Shown piece after piece: positions 27,028 through 34,226 of a stretch of DNA of 64,000 bases (positions are counted from its first letter, which is position 1; every line of letters starts with the position of its first letter). A program made the position numbers and the translations under genes. The notes beneath the pieces are model-generated. The model searched no databases, was not told the origin of the DNA, and worked only from the letters and a program-made list of their open reading frames with translations. This stretch comes from a virus. Where the stretch lies: the IMG/VR virus record IMGVR_UViG_3300047496_000092, positions 1-64,000 of that record; one strand, 5' to 3'.

Positions 27028-27170
27028 AGCAGATCGCTGCGTCAGCTACAGACCTCACGACCGGCATGGTAGCGACGATCTACGATGACGGCACGACAGA
27101 GGTGAAGCATTTAGAGCCCGACAAAGACGATAAGCCAGCGAAAAAGATGCTGCCAATTCGCCCACAGTAG
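27024..27170 (+). CDS. 48-aa ORF paralogous to the N-terminal leader of the preceding polyvalent gene
   Basis: Hand translation gives MKQIAASATDLTTGMVATIYDDGTTEVKHLEPDKDDKPAKKMLPIRPQ. The ATGA overlaps the stop at 27027. It is below the track's size cut-off. Compare MKQLIASGSNLETGMLVRVYDDGSVEHE at 25066. Confidence 0.45.
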   Translation: MKQIAASATDLTTGMVATIYDDGTTEVKHLEPDKDDKPAKKMLPIRPQ

Positions 27171-27216
27171 TCTCACAGGGTGTAGATTTGACGATCAGCG
27201 GGGTTGAGCATAGAAT
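27165..27216 (+). promoter_or_regulatory. stop-linked conserved promoter element, copy 1
   Basis: CAGTAG-TCTCACAGGGTGTAGAT-TTGACG (27188-27193), 17 nt, TAGAAT (27211-27216). Confidence 0.5.
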
Positions 27217-27223
27217 GGGACGC

Positions 27224-27814
27224 ATGAGCCTTGTCGAGCAGCATGCAAAGCTAATGGAGGGCCTCGCGTATCAGCCAGGCACCATTGGCCCAGTGCAGAT
27301 GGACTCACTTGCGTTCATGGTCGCTCCTGTTGCCGATATTACTACCCCTCCTCGAATCGCTCAAGTGGGACTCGGCTACGGCCGATCAGCGTACGCATTT
27401 CTATCTGGTCATCCGTTCTCTGAAGTTGTCGTGTTTGATGACGGTTACGACACTTACATGAACGGTGGTAGAACGACACCTGTGTTCGATAGACTGCAGA
27501 CTGAATTTGGTCAACGCATTAGTGTCGTGTGGGGTAAAACTAGAAACACACTACCTGAATTTGAGTGCTTAAGTAACTTCAACTACATCCACATTGACGC
27601 TGGTCACGACTACGATAACGCACTACACGACATGCTGGCATTTCGTCACTGTCAAAACGCTATTGTCATAGCTGATGATGTTGTCGAGCATTGGCCTGGT
27701 GTCGTGCAAGCATGGTCAGATTGTGTGTACAATGGTGTCATCAAAGAACTCTATCGCGCTAGAGAGATGCGCGGTAACGAAGTGTGTGCATGGGCTGTAG
27801 GTGAGTATGTCTGA
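27224..27814 (+). CDS. class I SAM-dependent methyltransferase (O-methyltransferase-like)
   Basis: Track ORF 27188..27814; ATG 27224 is preferred because 27188-27216 looks like its promoter. IAQVGLGYGRSAYAF is motif-I-like. IHIDAGHDYDNALHDMLAF is also characteristic. Confidence 0.65.
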   Translation: MSLVEQHAKLMEGLAYQPGTIGPVQMDSLAFMVAPVADITTPPRIAQVGLGYGRSAYAFLSGHPFSEVVVFDDGYDTYMNGGRTTPVFDRLQTEFGQRISVVWGKTRNTLPEFECLSNFNYIHIDAGHDYDNALHDMLAFRHCQNAIVIADDVVEHWPGVVQAWSDCVYNGVIKELYRAREMRGNEVCAWAVGEYV

Positions 27815-28301
27815 AAGCATCGACACCGAACACATCAAGTTTCATCGTTTGACGATTGTGATCAACCGCATCAAGTCGTTGAGTGCAGCCATGCCACAGT
27901 ACATGGAAGATGTTATGATGCGCTGCATGACAGACGACATCATACCGTTTTGGCGTCAACACATCGGCTTGCAAGATCACTCGCTCGAAGAGCTTGCGAA
28001 ACTTGGTCATCCATACTCGCGTCGATTTGCTGTTGACTCGTTCATACACCCCGACTCTGAAGTACACGAACAGAGTGGTTCGGTTATGGAGTCAACACAG
28101 ATCGTTGCAGACTCTGTACCTGGTGGTAGACGTGTTCGACTGATCTGCACCTCACCACACTGGATTTTTCTTCGTTATGGTACACGCACTATGCGTATGC
28201 GTGACCCTGCTGGTGTAACCATGAGAGATGCGCTACCAAAGATCAAAGCGCGCATTCACCGTGAAATCAGAGGTGCCATTGTGGAGTACATGAAGTCGTG
28301 A
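27801..28301 (+). CDS. hypothetical protein, weakly HK97 gp10-like
   Basis: WIFLRYGTRTMRMRDPAG resembles the YAxxxEyGTxxMxARPF region of gp10-family proteins. The match is weak. Confidence 0.35.
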   Translation: MSMSESIDTEHIKFHRLTIVINRIKSLSAAMPQYMEDVMMRCMTDDIIPFWRQHIGLQDHSLEELAKLGHPYSRRFAVDSFIHPDSEVHEQSGSVMESTQIVADSVPGGRRVRLICTSPHWIFLRYGTRTMRMRDPAGVTMRDALPKIKARIHREIRGAIVEYMKS

Positions 28302-28675
28302 GTGACATAGACATCGTTTCATGGTCAAAGCGTTTCTGGCGTCACATTCGTGGTGAGTCTGAACCAAACAGACCATCTAGTTCGGGAACAACGACCAATC
28401 CGAATGACCCTGGACTGCGTAGACGAAAAGCGAGTGGTCAGCAAGAAAAGTACCTGATCTCGGATGACCTTGACAAGTCAAAGTTCGTTCGACCTGTCCG
28501 CACAACGTACGTTCACAAACAATGCGGTGTGCAGACAACGATGAGCATCAAGCTAGCAGAGACGTACGCGCGTGACCCTAAGTTCTACGGTGCGACGTTC
28601 TGCTGTGGATGTCAAACACACTTGCCGGTCAGCGAATTCTTTTGGCACGGAACAAAGGAAACTGTGGGGTCGTAG
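28298..28675 (+). CDS. hypothetical Cys-rich protein
   Basis: A 125-aa ORF with a GTGA overlap. HKQCG...FCCGCQTH suggests a zinc ribbon. Confidence 0.45.
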   Translation: MSDIDIVSWSKRFWRHIRGESEPNRPSSSGTTTNPNDPGLRRRKASGQQEKYLISDDLDKSKFVRPVRTTYVHKQCGVQTTMSIKLAETYARDPKFYGATFCCGCQTHLPVSEFFWHGTKETVGS

Positions 28676-28894
28676 TTGAGTCTTCGTTCAGCCCAGGAAT
28701 CACAGAAGCTACTCGACGTAGCAAACATGGCAACTGACGTGCTGCAACACATTGTACGCGGTGTAGAGACGTATGCGCTATGGCATCATCTCAATCTCGA
28801 AGATGTAGTCATTCATCGCGCGTTCTGGTCATGTGACGACAAGCTCGTCATTGAGTTTGCACACGCTTTACACGAAGAACCGACAGATGAGTGA
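28676..28894 (+). CDS. hypothetical protein
   Basis: A 72-aa ORF with a non-ATG start, packed between its neighbours. Confidence 0.4.
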   Translation: MSLRSAQESQKLLDVANMATDVLQHIVRGVETYALWHHLNLEDVVIHRAFWSCDDKLVIEFAHALHEEPTDE

Positions 28895-29522
28895 CACTTG
28901 CGTCTTCATGCTCGCTAGTGGTGACAACATCAAGCCGATCTTAGAGTATTCTGTGCCAAACAAGCAAGAGTACTGTGAGATTCACGACTACGATTTTAAG
29001 ATGCTACCATTTGAAGATGATTGGCAGCGTTTCAAAGTCATGTTGTCGTTGCTGTCAGAATACCATACTGTCATGTATATGGACACTGACACACTGATCA
29101 CAGACTTGACCGTACCATTGCGTTACAGATACGGATGGAAAGGTTTTGTGATCGCTGCTGATCTGTTCGGCTTCAACAGTGGTGTTATGATCGCGCGACG
29201 TGACCCAATGACGTATGAACTGCTGCATGCGATCAACGAACTTGGACCATACCTTGCACACAACCATCCGTGGAAAGAACAAGAAGTTTTACGTCGTCTA
29301 CTGACTGCACCCCCATACGCTGATCATCCGTTCTGGCATTGCGCATTGCAGACAGAACTGAACGCCTATCCAAACGAATACTACGATGGACGTGCAAACT
29401 TTAGCGGAGGGTGGAAACCAGGAATGTTCGTGTTGCACTTACCTGGGATGTCGAATGAAACACGATTGCAAATCATGTCAGGTGTGCAACAACACATCGT
29501 GCGTCCGAAAGCAGAATGCTAA
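28887..29522 (+). CDS. glycosyltransferase (DxD type, GT8/GT34-like fold)
   Basis: Track ORF 28833..29522 trimmed to ATG 28887. CVFMLASGDN...YCEIHDYDF...VMYMDTDTLITD carries the DxD motif. GFNSGVMIARRDP follows. Confidence 0.55.
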   Translation: MSDTCVFMLASGDNIKPILEYSVPNKQEYCEIHDYDFKMLPFEDDWQRFKVMLSLLSEYHTVMYMDTDTLITDLTVPLRYRYGWKGFVIAADLFGFNSGVMIARRDPMTYELLHAINELGPYLAHNHPWKEQEVLRRLLTAPPYADHPFWHCALQTELNAYPNEYYDGRANFSGGWKPGMFVLHLPGMSNETRLQIMSGVQQHIVRPKAEC

Positions 29523-29971
29523 CGTACAAAATGTCGTTCATGTACGACTTCGAACACGGCATCTACATCATAGAGATACGCTCGAAACACTACGGTAAGT
29601 ATCTCACATTGTCGCGCGAATTGCGTGTTGACCGGCCAGAAATGTTCGTTCAGTACATCGGAGAAGCGATCAAGGAGATCAGATGCAAACAGGAGATCAA
29701 AACAAAGACGCGCCAACTGAACCAGTTCGAGATGGTGAATCTCATCGTACACAACTCACGGAGTACGAAGAGCCCAAGCGTGCGTTCAGATCAGGTCGAA
29801 CTCGCGGAGAGATGCCAGTGCGGCCATCTGATGACGATTCACCGAACGCAACTTGACACGCCAACAAAACACGCTGGAAATCCGAAGTGGATGAAGCGCG
29901 GCAGCAAAAATAACATTCTCGGGGAATGCGGTGCAGACAACTGTAGTTGCATCCTCCCAGTCTCAGAATAG
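29516..29971 (+). CDS. hypothetical protein with C-terminal Cys/His clusters
   Basis: A 151-aa ORF containing CQCGHLMTIH...GECGADNCSC. Confidence 0.45.
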   Translation: MLTYKMSFMYDFEHGIYIIEIRSKHYGKYLTLSRELRVDRPEMFVQYIGEAIKEIRCKQEIKTKTRQLNQFEMVNLIVHNSRSTKSPSVRSDQVELAERCQCGHLMTIHRTQLDTPTKHAGNPKWMKRGSKNNILGECGADNCSCILPVSE

Positions 29972-30114
29972 AAGAAGCGGACTGTTCACGACGCAGCCCG
30001 CTCTTCTCATTGGTTCCGTCTCACGTCGGCCGCGTATCTCATCTCGCGCCGACACCATAGTACCATACCCGCGCAAGCGTACGATCAACCTCGTTCTCAC
30101 ACAGTAGCGCGCAG

Positions 30115-30142
30115 TTGACGAATGATTTGCGTGTATTATAAG
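30115..30142 (+). promoter_or_regulatory. sigma70-like promoter
   Basis: CAGTAG (30102-30107) lies upstream. TTGACG (30115-30120), 16 nt, TATAAG (30137-30142). Confidence 0.4.
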
Positions 30143-30207
30143 ATGGAACGCACACAGCGCAGACAACAGATCATGTGCCAGCAATAGCCTCAAAAGGCGG
30201 GGGAAAA

Positions 30208-30492
30208 ATGGCAAAGTCGAAGATCGTCACAGCTACCGTCAGCGAAGATGGGCAGACGATCATACTGACGAGGTTTGGTGTGGAGCGGCGTGAGTTATCT
30301 GCCGCGTCGATGTACGATGACGCAGAGTTGTTGCAGCGCACCATCATGGAGATGCTGCGTTCACCAGAACCTGAAAAGTCGGGGTTCAGTGTGGAAGTTG
30401 AGATCGTTCAATCACACACTTGCACGATCAACGGTGTCGAGCATACGGTCGTAGACGAAGCGAGCGTCAAAACCCCAAAAGTCGGGGGCTGA
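30208..30492 (+). CDS. hypothetical protein
   Basis: Track ORF 30175..30492 trimmed to ATG 30208, preceded by GGCGGGGGAAAA. Confidence 0.55.
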   Translation: MAKSKIVTATVSEDGQTIILTRFGVERRELSAASMYDDAELLQRTIMEMLRSPEPEKSGFSVEVEIVQSHTCTINGVEHTVVDEASVKTPKVGG

Positions 30493-30518
30493 ACTGAGGT
30501 CGTTTCTCCCAGTGTTCT

Positions 30519-31035
30519 TTGACACACCGTTACACCTAGCGCCTAGTCATCCACTCGCCGTGCGGTGAGCGTAGGCCCAGCGATGACTGTTGTCCAAGCC
30601 TTACACCCAAAGAAGCCCCGGCCCGGCCCCTGTCAAGGTGCCGGATGGTGCTGCGATCATCCACTGACGCCCACAAATCTTGGTTTGTGGGCTTCAGTCA
30701 TTCCACCCCACCATCCTGTGATTGCACGGCTTTGCCGGACAATCACCACGCAAGCGCAGGCATCGACGGGTTCTCTGTACGGCTGATGCCACCATCCAGC
30801 CGGACGATGCTGATCGCCCATCCAGCACTTCCGGCCATCGAAGGGGTGGGGACCGGCCGCCATCCGGGTAACGCAGGAACTCCTGGAAAGGGGACCCCAT
30901 CCACCCGCGCGGTCCCCTCTCCCACCGTCTGAAGCGCCATGAGAGCCCTGCGCGCCTGGGCTATACCCCAGTACGAGTAGGCTCTTGCGAACGTCTATCA
31001 ACAGCCTTTTTCGCGTTCGAGATTTTTTGTAAACC
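30519..31035 (+). other. non-coding, GC-rich, hairpin-dense region (candidate structured RNA or protein-binding array)
   Basis: All overlapping track ORFs are Pro/Trp/Gly/Arg-rich with no protein-like character. There are several perfect 6-9 bp stems and seven same-strand CATCC motifs. T-runs lie at about 31006-31030. Confidence 0.5.
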
Positions 31036-31062
31036 AGGACTCGACTGTATCAACTTGGAACG

Positions 31063-31680
31063 GTGGTCGGCATGGGTGAGCCGGTTGAGTTCGTCAACGT
31101 AGTAAGGGTGCGACTGGAGGCCGTCAAGCGCGAAGCTGATCTGATGAGGGCCGGGTTGAAGCGCTGTGCCGAGGAGATGGACGGCCTGGTGCGGTTGCTG
31201 GAGATGTACGGTGTAGCCGTTGGGGACGAGCCCCCGGCCCAGGAGGTTTTGCCGGACCCGCCGGTTCGAGGCGAGCGATCAACGCAGCCGGTCGGCACGA
31301 CGGTGTACCGCGAGCATCCCAGTCCGAAGTCGGTGCTGACGAAGTTGCCCCGAGGGCGACAACCCATCGACGGCATCGCAGATCGCAACGTGCGCATCAT
31401 GCAGTTGACGGATGATGGGCGAACGGGTGCGGACATTGCCGATCTGCTCGGCGTCTCGCTTCAGACGGTGTACCAAGTGCGCAACAAGATGCGCAAGCTG
31501 CACGACGATGAGCCGTGGAAGATGCCACTGGAACCCGAACTCGCGGTCGCTGTGGAGAAAGCGAACGAAGATGCCCGGCGATTCGCGGATGCAATGTGTG
31601 GAGTGCGCGACCCGAACTACCCCATTCGGCATTGTAGCATTCAAGGCGCGCACGACGGTTTGCACTCATGGGAGAGGTAG
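31063..31680 (+). CDS. HTH DNA-binding protein
   Basis: GADIADLLGVSLQTVYQVRNKMRKL is a clear HTH. The N-terminal half is coiled. An alternative ATG lies at 31072. Confidence 0.55.
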   Translation: MVGMGEPVEFVNVVRVRLEAVKREADLMRAGLKRCAEEMDGLVRLLEMYGVAVGDEPPAQEVLPDPPVRGERSTQPVGTTVYREHPSPKSVLTKLPRGRQPIDGIADRNVRIMQLTDDGRTGADIADLLGVSLQTVYQVRNKMRKLHDDEPWKMPLEPELAVAVEKANEDARRFADAMCGVRDPNYPIRHCSIQGAHDGLHSWER

Positions 31681-32243
31681 AAGACTTCCTCAACGCAACG
31701 GCCGACTTCGAACCTGACAATCTGTATGTGGAGTTGCATGAGCCGACGCAGATAAAGCGGTCGCTGGTGCGCTTTCATTATGAGAAGACCGGCAACGTGT
31801 GTTGGGTGTGCGGCTTGCGTATGCTCTTTCCGCCCAAGGAACGCGACGCTGCGTTCAAGCGCGACGCCAATTCGCCATTAACTGTCTCGCTCGATCATTA
31901 CCCGGTCAAACGTGCGCACGGTGGCAAGCTAACGTCGGACAACACGCGCTTGGCGCACCGCTTTTGCAATTCGGTGCGCGAAGAGTGGTCGCACCCCAAT
32001 CTCACCAAGCACATGTCCGATCTGTTGTTGCGCTGGGAGCAGACGGGTTCGACGGCGATGGTCGGTCAGCCGGTGCAGTGGACGAAGAAGACGCGCAAGG
32101 AAGCAGCGAACGCCAAGCGCCGGTCGCGAGCCGAGAAACGCGCGGCGAAGTTGAAGGCGGTCCTGCGCAAAGGGTGGTCGGCTGACAACGGCCGGTACAA
32201 CCCGGTGTGGGACGATGCGTGTAGGCGAACCAAGCCGGAATGA
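31668..32243 (+). CDS. HNH endonuclease
   Basis: CWVCGLRM...SLDHYPVKRAHGGKLTSDNTRLAHRFCNSVR shows the pattern CxxC...DH...N...H..CN. Confidence 0.8.
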   Translation: MGEVEDFLNATADFEPDNLYVELHEPTQIKRSLVRFHYEKTGNVCWVCGLRMLFPPKERDAAFKRDANSPLTVSLDHYPVKRAHGGKLTSDNTRLAHRFCNSVREEWSHPNLTKHMSDLLLRWEQTGSTAMVGQPVQWTKKTRKEAANAKRRSRAEKRAAKLKAVLRKGWSADNGRYNPVWDDACRRTKPE

Positions 32244-32575
32244 AGCGCCCCGATCTCACCCGTATAAGGAAGAGCGAGTGGAGCGACCGCACCTCGGCCA
32301 CATCCCAGGGGCGGCTTGCGAAACTGCTCGCGGGTCGGCGGCGGCTCGAACGACTCCGCATCCTGCGCCTCCGCGAGCAATTAGAGGAGATATGGCGGCA
32401 GGACACGCCTCTTCCCCTGCATAGAGTTGGGCGAGATCAGCCCTGTCATTGCGTTCGGACATACATACGGAGCCTCCACGATCTTAGCCGCAAAATACAC
32501 GCTGCACAGACTGTAGATTCCCGGCGGTTCGACCCCGACGCTTTGCTGGCCGCGTTCGGCATCGGCATCCTGTAG
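32240..32575 (+). CDS. hypothetical Arg-rich protein
   Basis: A 111-aa ORF with an ATGA overlap on the HNH stop and high GC3 in the first half. Its TAG stop opens the conserved promoter element. Confidence 0.4.
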   Translation: MKRPDLTRIRKSEWSDRTSATSQGRLAKLLAGRRRLERLRILRLREQLEEIWRQDTPLPLHRVGRDQPCHCVRTYIRSLHDLSRKIHAAQTVDSRRFDPDALLAAFGIGIL

Positions 32576-32623
32576 ACTGCGCACCGTGTACGCTTGACAT
32601 CGCCTTTGATCTCGCGCTACGCT
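32570..32623 (+). promoter_or_regulatory. stop-linked conserved promoter element, copy 2
   Basis: CTGTAG-ACTGCGCACCGTGTACGC-TTGACA (32594-32599), 18 nt, TACGCT (32618-32623). Confidence 0.5.
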
Positions 32624-33031
32624 CTGTTGGCAACGGAAACACCGTTATGAAACTGGACGACTGTGTGGGCGGGCGCAAGCCAACTTGACAGCTTTCGGTA
32701 CGCTGACGGAATAACCGATGCGGGCAAGTGCGAGTTCTGTTGAGGTGCCTGCACTTGCTCAACGGTGGGGGATACACAGCGCCCATGCTCTGCATCCCCT
32801 GCCTGCCTAATTTTTGATCAAGCATTCCCATACAACGGCCGGTCCTTCAGACACTTCGACTGATGCCGGGGTTGGGTGAAGAGCTATATGCGTCTTCAAC
32901 TCAGATGGGAACAGAGCGCACCACTGAAGAGTCGAAGCTCGGTGGTGCGTTCGCATATAGTAGCGCGGGTCCGCTTCTGATCTGCCTCGAAGAAGGTGAG
33001 CCAACCAAACTCACCCTTCGGAGGTTCAGTC

Positions 33032-33853
33032 GTGAAGCATTTCTTCGCAGTCACCTTCTTCGCAGTGCTGGGTACATGTGCTGCGATTTTTTCGTCTGCG
33101 CCGGTCCTCGCCGCAGCCGACATCCCCATCCTTACGGTTCAGGATAAGTTCACCGCTCCCGGCGACTACGCGATCACAAAGATGTCGGGTCAGCAGACGT
33201 GCGGCTACACATTGACCGGCACCGGCACCGGCTTGTTTACGACGTTGCAGCTTTCCCCCGACAATCAAATTTCGTGGCAAGTCGCGACGAACGTCACGAC
33301 AAACGGTTACGGCAACGGCATTTGGGGTCCGAACAACATTGTCCAATATGGGCAAACGTACTTCAAATTGCACGTCACCGCGATCAGCGGCGGGGTCGAG
33401 AACTACATCATCGTCTGCAGTTCCGCAAATGTCGGGGCACTGCCGCCGTATGGAATGTACTACGATACGCAGGCAGCGATGCTCAATTCGAACTTCGGCA
33501 TGTCCATGTTCAATGCGACAAGCAGCGAGGTCGATCGCGTACACGGCGACCCGATCTTCGAGATGCTGGTCAACAGCGACTGCTCGCTGAACAAAGTGAT
33601 CACCGGCCCAGTGACCAACACCGTCGTCAAGGCCAGTGCCGGTCGCATCTGCAGCGTCATGGTCACGACCGTTACGTCCGGCGCGATCACGTTCTACGAC
33701 AACGCCACGACGAACAGCGGCAACGTCCTCGACGTAATTCCAAGCGCAACGGCTGTGACCGGCGCGTCACTGCAGGCGCGCATGCCAGCGGTCAACGGCA
33801 TTACGGTCAACGGCCCAGCAACGTCCGGTTCGATCACCATCAGCTATCAGTAG
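33032..33853 (+). CDS. secreted beta-rich protein of unknown function
   Basis: Track ORF 32996..33853 trimmed to GTG 33032, with GGAGG 7 nt upstream. The signal peptide is VKHFFAVTFFAVLGTCAAIFSSAPVLAA/ADIP. The body is rich in Thr, Gly, Asn and Val. Confidence 0.6.
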   Translation: MKHFFAVTFFAVLGTCAAIFSSAPVLAAADIPILTVQDKFTAPGDYAITKMSGQQTCGYTLTGTGTGLFTTLQLSPDNQISWQVATNVTTNGYGNGIWGPNNIVQYGQTYFKLHVTAISGGVENYIIVCSSANVGALPPYGMYYDTQAAMLNSNFGMSMFNATSSEVDRVHGDPIFEMLVNSDCSLNKVITGPVTNTVVKASAGRICSVMVTTVTSGAITFYDNATTNSGNVLDVIPSATAVTGASLQARMPAVNGITVNGPATSGSITISYQ

Positions 33854-33902
33854 TCTGCACACCGTGTACGCTTGACGCGCTGGTGTACGATGAATGTAGC
33901 TT
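33848..33902 (+). promoter_or_regulatory. stop-linked conserved promoter element, copy 3 (-10 ambiguous)
   Basis: CAGTAG-TCTGCACACCGTGTACGC-TTGACG (33872-33877). It matches copy 2 at 25 of 27 positions. The best -10 is TAGCTT at 33897-33902, with 19-nt spacing. Confidence 0.4.
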
Positions 33903-34226
33903 GCTGATGATGGCCGGTGCTAACCGAGCCGTTCAGGCGTCAGCGACGAACGACGACTGTTCGTAGTGGTCGAGCGGGAGTCTATAGAGCGAGTGACCTT
34001 GAAGTTCGGGGAGTAGCTTAAGCTAGAGTACTGCATAGCAGTGGTGGTGGTATCGAATCCACTCTCCAATCCGAACCAACCGGAGCCGAACAAGAAGCAA
34101 GCGCAGCGGAACTACGATGGGCCGACTGCGACCCCGCAGGTCACACGAAGAGCGTACCGATTGCAACGGTAGGCTTTTCGTCATTGGGGAAGAAGGTCCA
34201 CACCTGCTGTGTTTTGGGAGGACTGG

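Noticed and set aside
29975-30012. A possible terminator after gene 29516..29971 (AGAAGCGG ... CCGCTCTTCT)
   Set aside because: The stem is imperfect, with a bulge and a 16-nt loop, and it lacks a convincing T-run.
30493-31062. A retron msr/msd, a group II intron, a DGR template, or a group I intron carrying the HNH gene
   Set aside because: No reverse-transcriptase-like ORF (no YxDD-type motif) exists anywhere in the window. There is no domain-5-like GAGCCGTAT...ACGGTTC sequence. No flanking gene appears split. The region is kept as an unexplained structured non-coding stretch.
34008-34067. A tRNA-like fragment: GGGGAGT...ACTCTCC could pair as a 7-bp acceptor stem, and GGTATCGAATCC resembles a T-loop
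   Set aside because: The span is only 60 nt, too short for a tRNA. No 5-bp T-stem with a 7-nt loop can be drawn (the best is 5 bp with a G-T pair and an 8-nt loop). No D-arm or anticodon arm is apparent. tRNAscan-SE would settle it.
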